From: Euprymna scolopes
Lineage: Eukaryota
Strand: one strand, 5' to 3'
DNA: 64,000 nt
Assembly: GCA_053919585.1 (NCBI GenBank)
Contig: CM132784.1
In this document: piece by piece, positions 40,330 through 53,800 of the stretch
Numbering within the stretch: the first letter of the stretch is position 1
Layout of the letters: the number at the start of each line of letters is the position of its first letter
Made by a program: the position numbers and the translations under genes
Notes under the pieces: model-generated
The model's database searches: none
Seen by the model: the letters and a program-made list of their open reading frames with translations, nothing else
What the model was told of the DNA's origin: nothing

Positions 40330-43300
40330 TGTTGAGAGATTAATCAGAATCAAGAATCTGAAAGATCAGAACTTTTGGGGGTATCAGAATCGGAAAAATT
40401 GTAGTCTAATTTCCGATTTCAAAACTATTAAAATTTTTTCTTGACAAAAAAAAAAAAAAATGAAAAAAAAACAAATTTACTTATTTAGTAAAAGTTCTTC
40501 ATTCACAACATTAAACTAAAGGCCACAAATCTCATTCCCAGATTAAACATTGATTCTGAATCTAATTTCTTTCTTTCATTGGTGCATTACTGTAGACATC
40601 CCTTTGTTAACCTAAATGTTTCTGGGAGTTAACACTTCATATAAAAGATTTAAAATGCTCTGGCAAGGTTTTTCAATTTTATTAGTGATGTCTGGATACT
40701 GTTATAAAAATTGTTCATCAAAATCTTGGATAAAACACAAAGGGAAAACCTTAGAAGTTCTCCGAATTAAAAATGAAATTATATCTACCTTTAAACTTAA
40801 ATCCCCCCCCCCTCCAAAGAAGAATGAGATTTAGGCATTTATTTTTGTAATTACCAGAACAAAAAAAGAGATGGAAAACCTACATGCAACAAATAAATGT
40901 TACCAAAGGCAAGACTCTTCTATCTGCCTGGATAAGTTTATTTGTGTTTAAACTTATTTTAAATCATTTTTTTAGTTCCAAACACTTAATGTTCACTCAG
41001 TTGAATTAAAATAAAAAAAATGGCTGTCCATAAGCCCTTCACAAGGACTCTTGATAAACGCTCCAAATCAAAAATTAAACAGACACTGATAGAAACACAA
41101 AATAAATGTCAAAAATCGAGCAAAAATCTTCTACCAGTGTTTTGTTTTGATTTTTGAGTGATAAGACAAGATTAAAAAGTTAAATTGAGCTCAAAATATC
41201 ATTTTACGTTAAATTTATGTACAAAATTACTTTCAGAATTATAAATTATTTTTTCACCATCTAAAAAAAAAAATAGAATTTTATGGAGTGATTTAACTAA
41301 CTTTGCTGTCATTATTATTATTATTTTCTTTTTAATTTTTTTTTCTTTTTACAGTAATGCAAGTCAAACTAATAACCAATCTTTATAATAACAAGATAAA
41401 ATGGGAACATTTTTTTCATATTAAGGAAGATAGAAAATAGTTGGTGGAGACCCCGTCACAGCATTAAGAATGTTTTTTTTTTAAATGATAACATTTTATG
41501 GAAACTCATTCTTGACATGGGACAAACTTTGTTAGCTATTCCGTTCCTAAACTGGTTTCTTATTTTGCATACCAATGGTTGATTCTTTTTAATCATTTAT
41601 GAAAATTTCAAATGGAATTAACTATGACTAAATGCAAATGAGATTTTTTATTTTTTTTAGAGAAACAAATCTTGTCACAATTTCCAATCAATTAGAGGAA
41701 AATGTTTAGAAAGCTCTACTCTTGCAATATATTTCCAAGTGTATTTTTGTTTTGTAAAATAAATGAAGAGATTACATGGGGGAGGGGGGGTACAGTCATT
41801 TGAACATTTTTATAAAACATGAAATCTTGATTTAAAAAAAAAAAAAAAAAAGATTAGCTCAATCGGAACAGGGAATTTTGAACAGAATCTGTAATTGTGT
41901 CGGAATCAGGAAAAATTTTGGAATTGTCTCATCATTAATATTTGTATGCATATACTAGCGGATCTACCCAGCCTTGCTCGAACCATATACAAAAAATGAG
42001 TTGCATTTGACTACACTTGCTAAATGATTTTTGTTTTAATTTAATTATTTTTACTATGTAATAATTTATATCAGTTTGTTAAAAAAAAAAATCCATTCAC
42101 GTTGGTCCACTGCTATGAATTCGAAATAGGAGCATGTGAGAGAGAAAAAAAGTTTTAAGCGGTTACGATTTTATAAAAAAAACAAAACAAATTGTGATTT
42201 TCGTAAGTAATATTCACACATTTAATACTAATCTGATCTTTAAATCAACTCTCATCTAAATCAACTGCCGATTAAAAAAAAAAAAAGTTTCCTCTAATTA
42301 TTTGTTTTGAACCAAGCAAATAATACAAGCGATAAAACAAAAAAAAAAATATTAAAAAAAAATTTTTTTTTAACCCTGTTTAGATGCAAAAGCTTACCAA
42401 AATAAACATTTTCGAAAAAATGTTAAAACTAAACATCCACTGTTAACGCGAACACAAAAACTAATAGTTCTCAGACACTCTTCTAACCTGTTCAGCCTCG
42501 GCCAAAGTCATACCATGACATTGCAAATTTATGTACTTAAAGTATCCGAGAGGTGAAACGGTTCACGCATGTGCAGATATTGAAATCATTTAGGAGATGA
42601 TTTTACGTGGAACCCCCCCTCCCCCATCCTCAGATTCTGCGGTTGTTAAGGTAGAAAATAAATTAATATTTTATTCTAGATTTCACATATTATATAAAGA
42701 CACATACGTACACACTTACAAACATCTTTCCTTTATATAATAGAAGATAATTATTTGATGTATCCACATAGAATGTTATATTTTTATCTATCGATTTTCG
42801 ATCCATAGGCTTACAACGGGTCATGTTGCAAACTGTCACGTCGCTTCGTATGCACTCAAGCCAGGTTTTCTTTGGTCTTGCACACACCCTCATACCTAGA
42901 TTGTCCATGTGTAGCATAGAATTCATGTAGGGATGGCACACTGTACATGGCCAAACCACCTGAGTACATAAGGCATCACCCCCCCCCCCCCCAATACTAA
43001 GCTTCTGATAGAGCATATCTAAATAGATTTATGACTACACATCCACCATTCATTATGCAAAGAACTGTTTATAAAGTAAAGGGTACTTGTACAGTTTAAT
43101 CAAGACATTAAAAAATGAAAGTATCGAAAAAAGGTTATATTGTACCCATTTTGGACTGAAGATTTCCGAAAAAAAATTTCACTTAATTTGATTGAGTAGT
43201 TTTTGTCTTTTTTTACAGCAGAAAAACAATTTTTTATGAGAGCGCAATGAAAGTAGTTATCTTTTGAATTTTTTGAACACTCCATGGGGAGATAACTCCG

Positions 43301-46300
43301 TTTAAAATGCTGACACTCCCTCCCCATCTTTAATACTAGTTTTTCTTCCTAAAAATCGAAACATGACTACCTTTTGCTCGGTATCATAACAAATTGTTTT
43401 TTTGCTGTAAAAAAAAGAATGACTTGATAAAATTAAGTGAAATTTTCCTCCAGAGAATTTCATTCTATAACAGATACGTACAATATAACCTTTTTTTTTT
43501 TTTCCAATATTTTCACTTTTTAATGTCTTGATTAAACTGTACAAGTACCAAGTAAAGAACCTTAAACACACAAATGAGCTCGGTTCTTGTTCCAGAATTC
43601 CTCCTATATTAAATAGCAAAAATAAATAAGCATCTGTGTGATGCACATACTTGTGACATAACAAAAATATCACATTCCAAAAATGACGTAATTTGATGAA
43701 GTAGTTTTATTCCTAAGTACAAAAATCAAATTTTATGAGTAAGAGAGGAACAACTTTTTCACAGCGCCATCTTGAAAGTAATCTCCAGAAACAAAGGAAG
43801 ATAACTTAACAATAATTCAAACATGCAAGAGTTTTATTAGTTCTATGCATTCCCATTAGTTGCTTAAAAATTTATGCGTTTATAAAAATAAAACTACTTG
43901 ATTAATTTACGTTATTTTTGGAATATGATATTTTTATTTCATCATACACATTTTTCTTTGTCTTTTAATATATGGAAAATTCTGGACAAGAACTGAAAGC
44001 TCTAATTTCTCAATTCCTTCTTACTCTAGAATTATGTGGAAAATATCATTTTTTTTTTTTTTCTTAATGTAAGTTTTATGCTCCTATGTCTAAAACAAGT
44101 ACAGTTTTTCAGATGGGTTTGTTGGATAGAAAACAAATATTGAGGTGGGTTTGGCTTTAAAATTATAATTATAATAATTTTTAATTCAATTTTTTTCCTT
44201 TATTTTTCTTTAGGCTCAAGACAGAACAACGAAGTTATACAATGCTTACTGCAAATACTTACTGTCGTATGAGATGCTTCCAGACGAAGAAAAGGCTAAA
44301 CTTTTGCAGCAAGTCAAAGAGGAAAGAAATCAACGGCTACAACAGCGACAGAATAAAGTTAACCATACCTCCAATGAAGAAGATGGTCCCAACAGATGCA
44401 TGGCTAAGGTTAGTTACTTCCCTTGACAGGATTCTTTTTTTTTTTTTTTTTTGAGCCGAAAACCAATGACCAGTCCTTATCTTACATGAAACTTATTCTA
44501 AAAATTGTAGTAGCCTTTACCTAACAGGTAAGCACTGTTTATTATTATTATTATTATTATTATGGTACTTGTACAGTTTAATCAAAACCTTAAAAAATAA
44601 AAATATTGAAAAAAGTTTAAATTGTACGTATCCGTTATGGAAGGAAGTTCTCCGAAAAAAAAATTTCACTTAATTTCATCAAGTAGTTTTTTTTATTTTT
44701 TTTACAGCGAAAAAACAATTTGTTATGATACCGACCAAAAGGTTCGATTTTTAGGAAGAAAAGCTAGTATTAAAGATGGGGAGGGAGTGTCGGCGCTTTA
44801 ACTGGAGTTATCTCCCCGTGGCGTGTTAAAAATTTCCATAATGGCTGACTTCAACGTGCTCTTAGTAAAACGTGTTTTTCCACTGTAAAAAAAAAAAAAA
44901 CTACTCGATCAAATTAAGTGAAATTTTCTTTTGGAGATCTTCAGTTCAAAATGGATACGTACAATATAATCTTTTTTTTCGATATTTTAATTTTTTAATG
45001 TCTTGATCAAACCGTACAAGTACCATTATTATTATTTTGTATATACATGTATATATTTATTGAACCTCTGCAGGGATGGTTAATATCATTGAAACATAGA
45101 TTTATCTGCATAGGAACTAATTCTCCTTTAGACAAAACTTTAATGGGAGCTAATTTTGGTTGAAGCTTTTTCAGCACTATAATTGGAATGCCGTCAGGGC
45201 CAGCTACTTTACTGGAATAAAGGTTTTTGATTAGCTTGGCAATATTATGTACAGATATTCGTATGTCACATAGTGTGTTTTCAGATACAGGAGGAAATAT
45301 GAGGGGTTAGCGGCCTTGATTGCATAGGGTGGAATTAGCTGTAAAGTTCTTCACAAAGAGTTTGGCTTTGTTTGATGCTGAAAAGATTACCTAAGGTCCA
45401 TTGATGATGGTTGGGATAGAGCACATGCTTCTGGACCCTGTTTGTTATTTGCCAAAACTGGTGGGAATCAAGCTGCTGCTCAGCTACTTTGGACTTAACG
45501 AACTGAGCATACAACTCGCTTACATTCTTTATTACTCTTTTACAGTGGTTACTGGCAGTCCTGAAAGTGGTTTTAGTCTAAGTACATCTATTATGTTGGA
45601 AGCAATGGAAAAAATGATTTCTGTGCGCAATGGCAGCAGCATATTCTGAAAAGAAGTACTGCTGGCTGTTAGGTTTTTGCTGGAATTTTTTAAGGGTATG
45701 AAACAGTCTATACCTACAATTAACCATTCTGTCAAGTCTTATACTATAAAGGACACATTCTTTTTAAATATGGAACGTAGAGGTAGATCTGATATAAATA
45801 TATGGAAGCTATCTTAGTCAGTCAGAGTATTGATATACTGTACAATGGAGAGGTATGTTTGAGGATATTTCATTTTTATCTTAACTGATACAACCGAGTA
45901 GTTGGAAGATCCCAGTGGAAACAGAATGGAGGATTAACATAGTTCAGAGCAATTTGTGAGAAAAAGGTCTAGGAGACTTGCATACTGACCATCAGTATCG
46001 GGCACACAGGTGGGTTCATGAACAATCTGAGTCAGGTCATAACCAAATAGAGAAATAATGACAGAACCTCCCATCATCATTTATCTTGTTTAAGTGGGCT
46101 AACCGTTCCACATTGTGAACATTGAAGTCTCCACAGGCGTGAATATTAGCTGAAGGATAAGCAATCAGGGTGTGGTCAATTTTCTTAGATATGCTCTTAA
46201 AGATAGTAACTCCACTGTTGTGGGGGTGATAGAGGGCAAATATAAATGCAGTAGTGTGAGCAAGTGCAACTCTGAAACACATATAGGGTAATTTAGGGTA

Positions 46301-49300
46301 TTCTTTGGAGATATTCCTACCACATGGAAAGCTATCTCTCTCAGCACATATTCCATGCCCATGATGATCTTGGGGGTCAGATTTTGATGTTAAGTTAGAG
46401 TATCCTTTAATTACGAACTCATAAAGGTAACGAGTCAATCCAATGCCAGTTTTGCTTAGGAATAATAAGTCTAGTTTGGTCTCCTGTAATAGGGTTTCAA
46501 CCTCTGGAAGGTTGAAATGTAGGCCCGTTATGTTGGAGGAGGAGATATGGTGGTAGGGGTCTACATTAGAAGTTGTTCTGGATTTAATTGTGTATTTTTT
46601 CTGGAGACTTGTCATGATGGCGTTTTGGCATTTGTGTAGCAGGTCAACAGAGTTGGTTAGAGTAGGGCAGAGAAGGAAAGTAAGGAAGAAAAAGAAATGA
46701 AGAAATTTTTTTTTTTGTTTGTTTTTTTTAAGCTCATGATAAGGTAAAGCCGTAATAATCACCCACTAATATGCCATCGAGAAGCTCCACCAGAAGCTAC
46801 TGCATGGTTTAGAATCCATTCACCAAATGGCAATACAGCAGCCCCAGTATGTAGCATCTGCTGATAGGACAGCCTCCTTAGTGGTTAATCCACTTCGGGG
46901 CTCTTACTATCAGGCGGATAATGTCAGCCCAGTTAAAACGTTTACCTTTAGCACCCTTATTAGTGACATGGCTACAAAGACATAGAAACAGAAAATTTCT
47001 GACATCTTGGCGACAGTTCATGCAAAAATATTGCCGACCTAGAATACAGCTTTTTCTTCTCCTTTTGTCAGAAAAATCATTCATTTTAAATAAGGAATTA
47101 GGAACAAATTACGAGAAGCGAGAGTCATGGGAGCTACTGATAATGCATCCACAATGAATTTTTTACTCTTCATTAAAAAAAAGTATTAATAATAATAAGT
47201 ATTGTACTTAATATAAATTTGACATGTTTAGAGGAAAGTATGGCGATAGGTTCCCCTCTCACTAACTGGAATAAAGAACGAACTCAAATTCATTAGCAAA
47301 GTATGTAATCCTTGCAGCAACTCTGTTATTTTCCTAGAATCCTTCCCGACTTGATTTGGATAGAAATTGTCTATCCCTTTTACTAACATATTCAATGCTA
47401 GGTGGCACTTTATTAGTATGACTATTTGATAAGTCTACTAGAAAATAGCGTTGCCAGTTTTTGTTTTTGCTGAAGAACATGTGGACAGACATTCGTTCAA
47501 AATTGTAGAATGCATTTATTTTGAGGAAAATAGCAAGTGAATCACAAACTGCAAATTAATAAATTCCAATAATAAATTTAACAGTAGTATTACACATTTA
47601 ATAAAATACAATCAAATAAAAAATATAAATTAAAAATGATTAAATATAATTAATGTTAACATTTACATCTTATAAAAAAGAAAATAAATATCGTGAAATT
47701 CACAACTTATCTGCTAAAAGCATCTATTCTCAATGTATAACTATTAAGAATCATCTTAGCTTGATACATCTCTGCGTTTAACAAGATTAAAAAAAAAAAA
47801 AACGTAACATGCCATTGTTCGGCAGTTGGACTAGTGTGTTTTAAGGAATATGATCCTCACCAAAAAATCAAGTAATCTCAGGAGGGCAACAATGAGTATT
47901 GTCTTTTGCTATTAAATACCTCAAAAGAGGTTGATATACCATGGGACTGACAAAACAACCTTTTTCTTTGAGCACATCAGTCTGGAAGGATTTCTTTCAC
48001 CGACTGAGAGCAGAACAGATATTGAACTTTGATTCTACCCTCAAGTCCAAGAGAACATGTTTTTTTTTTGGCCTAAAATGATTTGAAGAATAAAATGAAA
48101 GCAAAAATCTGATGCAATTTAGTAACTTTTTAATCATTTTTCATTGAATTTTACTCTTTTTCATTTTCTATTTTAGGGTAAATCTACATCGGTAAATGCT
48201 TTTCAACGAGTTGCACGTAATTTACAGTTAATGTGGTTCCGTGATGATCCGACCCCAGAACAAGTTGAGGTAAATCAATTTTAATACTTTTTTTAATCAA
48301 TGTATTCGATTTCTTGTTCTGACAAAGTTTATCCATTTTCATAAAACCGATGTAAGCTGTCTTATCTAAAAGAATTTGACCTAATTGTATTTCATCTCAT
48401 TGCTGAAAGTCATCAGCAGAATTCAAATTAGTAAAGATTTATCTTGAACAATGTGTAGCTATTGAAGCATAGGAATAATTCAAAATATTGAAAAAAAAAA
48501 ATTTTTTTCTAAATTATTTTTTAGACGGTAAACAGTTACATGCAATGAGACTTCGTCAGGCAACCCTGAACTTTTCAACACTATAGAAAAAAAAAGACCT
48601 TTTTCTTCTATAGTGTTGAATGGTTCTACATCTACATCAATGATCTCCCAAAACACATACTTAAATCATTCATTGACATCTATGCTAATGACACTACCAT
48701 CTATGGCAACACATCAAAGGCCGTAAATGACAGTTCTCTCCGATTCTCTCTCCTCTGATCTTGAGCGCGTGGTACAGTGGGGGAAGAGGTGGCTGGTTAC
48801 TTTTAATGCATCCAAAACCAAGCTTCTATCTTTACATCATCAACGCTCTGATCCCCATCTGGCATCAATTGAAATGGATGGCTCTTGTCTTGAGGAGGCT
48901 CCATGTTTTGATAAGCTTCTGGGTTTGACCTTTACTCCTGATCTGAAATGGAACATGTATATCAGGTCTGTTGCCAAGGACGTTGGGAAAATGGTAGAAT
49001 CCTTCTACCGCTCCAGAAGATATCTCACTACTAATGCAATTCTCTATCTGTATAAAAGCTAAGTACATGCAAGGATGGAGTACTGCTACCACATCTGGGC
49101 AGGAGCTGCTAAAAGCAGCCTATCCTGCCTTGACAGAGTACAAAATAGACTTCATGGCTTAGTGGAGGATGCCCTTTTCTCTTCTCTGCAACCTCTCTCT
49201 CACAGAAGAGACGTTGCGAGCCTGTCTTTGTTTTATCGTTATTTCCATGGAAAGTGCTCGTCTGAGCTCCAATCTCTGGTACCCCCTCGCTAGTCTTTCA

Positions 49301-50766
49301 CGAAAAACACCCGTTTAGCTGAAACTACTGTCATTAATTTTCCCCACTCTTTATCTGTGCCTAAATCCAAATGTAGATTCCATGAGCAGAACTTCTTTCT
49401 TAGAAGTGCACAACTATGGAACTCTCTTCCGTTTGCCTGTTTCCCACCTGACTATAACTTGGATGTCTTCAAGTCCAACATAAACAAATTCCTGACAAAC
49501 CGCCCTCTTAAGTAAGACACTTTATCAAATCTCCAATACTAATGATTACTATGATACTATCCCATTGATTACTGTACACGCAATAACCCTTATCCCCGAG
49601 TGGCTTCCAGGCCTTGATAAGTGGTGATCTCCATGTAAAAAAAAAAAAAAAAAAGTTGGAAGTAAAGTTTGACTTATAAGCTTTAAGGCTATTTGGATTT
49701 AGTTTGACAAATCTGTTAACTTCATATGTTAGATAAAATAATTTAATTTCGTTCAATCTCTAATATTTGCATATGTGCTTTGTGTTTGTATTTTAGTCAG
49801 AGTATTGGAAGATTGTTGAAGAGGCAGCATCTCATGTTGCTGTACAATGCGGCCATATTAACTCAGGGAATCAAACCACTTTCCTTCCAGTCAAGAAAGA
49901 TGGCTCCACTGCCAAGTAAGTTTCTTTGAAAAATTATGGAAAAATCAATTTATCAAGATAAGCAACAAATGGGTTGAGAATAATTGAAATATGAGGTCAA
50001 ATAATTAAAAAATAAAAAAAATTGCTGGTGTGATGGTATTAAAAATCAAATACCTGTTGATGTTGTATTTCTTATAAATATCTGTAAAATAGCAAACGGC
50101 TTTAATGACTAAACAAATTTTTTATTTCAATTATTTTAAATCTTAAAAATAATTGTTTACACCTTTTTTTTTTTAAAGAAACATTTTTAACTGAGATATT
50201 CTGTTTAATTTTATTTTTGTTTTATGAAATAAAATCTATTAAGAAAAATAAATTTCATTCCTTTATGCTCAAATATATTTGAGTTATTTTATAGACTTGA
50301 CTGATAAGTTCACCTAGTGACCCCAGATGAAATCAAAGTAAAATTTCAATGGTATCTTTGGATGACTTGAAAAATTAACCCTTATTGAAACTAATTTGAA
50401 TGTTCTATTAACAGATAGATTCCTATAACACAAACATTGACACACAAGGAAAATTGCATTTAAATTTTGTACATTAAAATTTCAATGAATGGCTCCTATT
50501 CTCAGAGGAAACATGATTAGCAAAATAATATTCATAGAAACTTCATGGAATAAGGGGGGGAGTCTAATTTTTGTATTCCTTTTCGTAAAATAAATTTGTA
50601 AATTTATTTTACGAAATTTAAATCCAATTTTACTTATATTATTGCTCTATCTTGAATATTGAGCCTTTTCATCTGGTTGGAATTGTCATAAATATAATAC
50701 TAATATTTATGTACTTAAAGTTTACAGAATTAGTCTATTTGTAAACTGAAATTAAATTTTTTTTTT

Positions 50767-50820
<54 letters not shown>

Positions 50821-53800
50821 GTTTGATTAAATATAAGGGAAAGCTTATGTTGATCTCTTTTTTGATCCAATTTTTACAGTTGGTGAATCAATGATCTTTT
50901 TTTTTTTTTTTTTTTTTTTTTTTATTCAATTTTCACCCCAAACAAGGCACAGTCCCACTTTGAAGCAGGGGGCTACTATCAGGGACTTAATTAGCGGGGT
51001 CATTATGAAGGGAGATGAGTAGAAAGATGTTTGTTAACATTACACTTGAACTTCTGCATATCATTGCAGTTGGGAAAGCAGAATCCCGGAAGGGAGTTCC
51101 AAAGACCCGCAGTTCTGGAGAAGAAACTATTGGAGTAAAAGGCTTTCTTGCACCTAGGGATCTCTACTGTAAAGGGATGAGACTTAGTAGTTTGTCGGGG
51201 GTAGTTACGTCGGGGAGGTACAAGTGTTTGCAGTTCGTCAGAGCATTCACCATTGAAGTATTTGTAGAACAGGTAGAGGGATGCAACATCTCGTTGATGG
51301 GACAGAGGCTGAAGCCTAGATGACAGTTCAGGGCCTATCAGGTTGGCGACTCTCTTTTGAACCCTGTCCAGGAGCGAGAGACAAGAAGCAGATGCACCAG
51401 CCCAGATGTGACAACAGTACTCCATACATGGGCGAATGGTTGCCTTATAGAGGTATAGGATACTGTCAGGCGTAAGTAGTTTTCTGGCACGGTAGAGGGA
51501 GCCAACCTTCCTTGCAGCAGCCTTGGCAATGCTCTCAATGTATCTATTCCAGTTCATATTCCCTGTAAACGTTAGGCCGAGGAGTTTAAAAGAAGTACTT
51601 TCAGGTAATGTGTTCTTAGCCATTGCTATTGGTGGTAGAGAAGGTTTCTTGTAGTTATTGAAGGAAACAAGCTTAGTCTTAGCAGCATTGAATGTGACCA
51701 ACCATTTTTGTCCCCATTCCACTACGGATTGGAGGTCATCCTCTAGTGTTTCTGCCATTTCCTTGGATATGTGTTCATTTGTTTTCCCCTCATATCTGTT
51801 ATAGAGAGTGGTAGAGATCTAATGTTATATTCCAATATGAAGAACTCTTCATAATGTCAAGCGTTTCCAACTTGCACGGGTTGTCATCAGGTGATGATAT
51901 TACAAATTTATTAAGAAAATCATTTAAAAACGTTTTTAAAATATTTTAATCCTTTTGCACCATTGTAACCAGCTTGATATGTTTGCACTCACGAATGAAT
52001 AATTCTTTGAGGATGGGCAGACCAAGTCTACAGTTTGAAACAACGAGGATTGCAGTGTTATGAGTTATTATATTACAGAGGTATTTTTTGAAAAGGTGTT
52101 TGTTATAAGATGTTGGTGATTAAAGCTTGGATGGGAGGTGGAGTTTGATGTTTTTAAGTCACCATTTATCAAGACCCATAGGCCACTAAAGGTAAGAGTT
52201 AATGAATTTGTCAAGAGGACAGTGAAACAACACCGTAACGATTGATAACCATAGTTGAGATTGGCCAGATTTTAGATCAAGATGATTCAGCAAAAAATTT
52301 TTAATGTCGGACTTGAAGTCTTGTGGTATAATGTTCCGAAGATGTGTAGTTCTTGGGAAGAAACTCTGGTCATGGAAGCTTACTTTTAGGTACATAGGGA
52401 GGAAGGAAAATTATCTGTAGTTGTTATATCTAAATGAGTTCTTGTCGTAAATGTATACAGATTACCAATCTTGTTTGTTTACCTGTCGTCAGAGCTTGTG
52501 ACATGTATTCTTCATAAAATGAAACAGACATTGAATTTATTTCTAAATTTTGTACTTTTTTCTATTCTAATGACTATGATATAATTCAATCCATCTAAAT
52601 GCACAAAAATGATTATCTGAACTATTCCTACAACCCTTGCCCCCAACAAATAAATTAAAATTATTTAGAGATTGCGTTTTATTTTTATTCTTTCAGAGAC
52701 CTATATGTTCCCTCTCAGCATATTCATATCTAACAACTCGTGATGACGTAATATTTACACTTTACAGCAGGTGTTTGTAATTTCTTAAGAAAGAAAAAAG
52801 GATTTAATTGATTTCTTTTTTCTATTTGTAGAAATGGTTGGAATTTTAATGTTTTATCTCAGAATCCATTATCAGTATTAAGACATCTTGGACCGGTTCC
52901 AGGTAAGTAGAATTTATCCAAATCATTTCATATTTACAAGGTGTTTGACTTTCTGTTGTAACCAACAATGTTTTAATAGTTTGATATAAAACTGTGAATA
53001 TAAATAAAACTATTAAAATATCTTTTTAATATTTTTTCCCTTTCCATCTTCTTTACCTTCCCGTCTTTTATTTCTTTCTCTTTCCCCTTTATATGTCTCT
53101 CTTTCTCCAACATCTATCTTCTACTATTTTCTTCCTCTATCTCCTGGCCCTGTCGGTGGGGCATTAGAATACACCGACGCCCCCCCCCCCTGCAGAGGGT
53201 AAAAGTCCCTCAATGGGGGTCCTGGATATGTCTTTAAACTATATCCAGTGGTGAGGCCCCAGCTTGCGGGCTTTGGGGAGTGTGGAGCCACCCTTTAAAT
53301 TACCATTGCTCCCAGGTCCACTCTGACCCAGAGTGGTAGTACCTGTTAGGGTTCCAACTATGGGTTAAATAGAAACCGACTTGAAAACAACAAATATGTT
53401 CTATTAAAAAATTTTTCTTCAAAATCTTTGGATTCGGCATTAAATAACCCGAAAAGGGTTGATACGCCGTAAAACAAAAACAACCAAACAACCAATCCTC
53501 TATCTCCTGCTTATTCCCCAACCTCTATGTCCTTCTTTCCCCTCTCTCATTCCAACTCCATCTCTTTCTCCATTTCCCATCATTCCTTCCTCTATCTCTT
53601 TTATCTCCCATCACTCTTTTTGCATGAAAACAATCACAATTCACACAGCTTAAAATTAAATTAAAGTGCATGTGTGTGTGAGCACGCGCGCGTGTTTTCC
53701 TGCATGTATCAATAATTTATTCTAATGTATTTCCTTGATTTTCTTCGTTCCAGGTGTGACACTGCCTATCCTCCATATTGGAATGCTGTTCACTACATCC

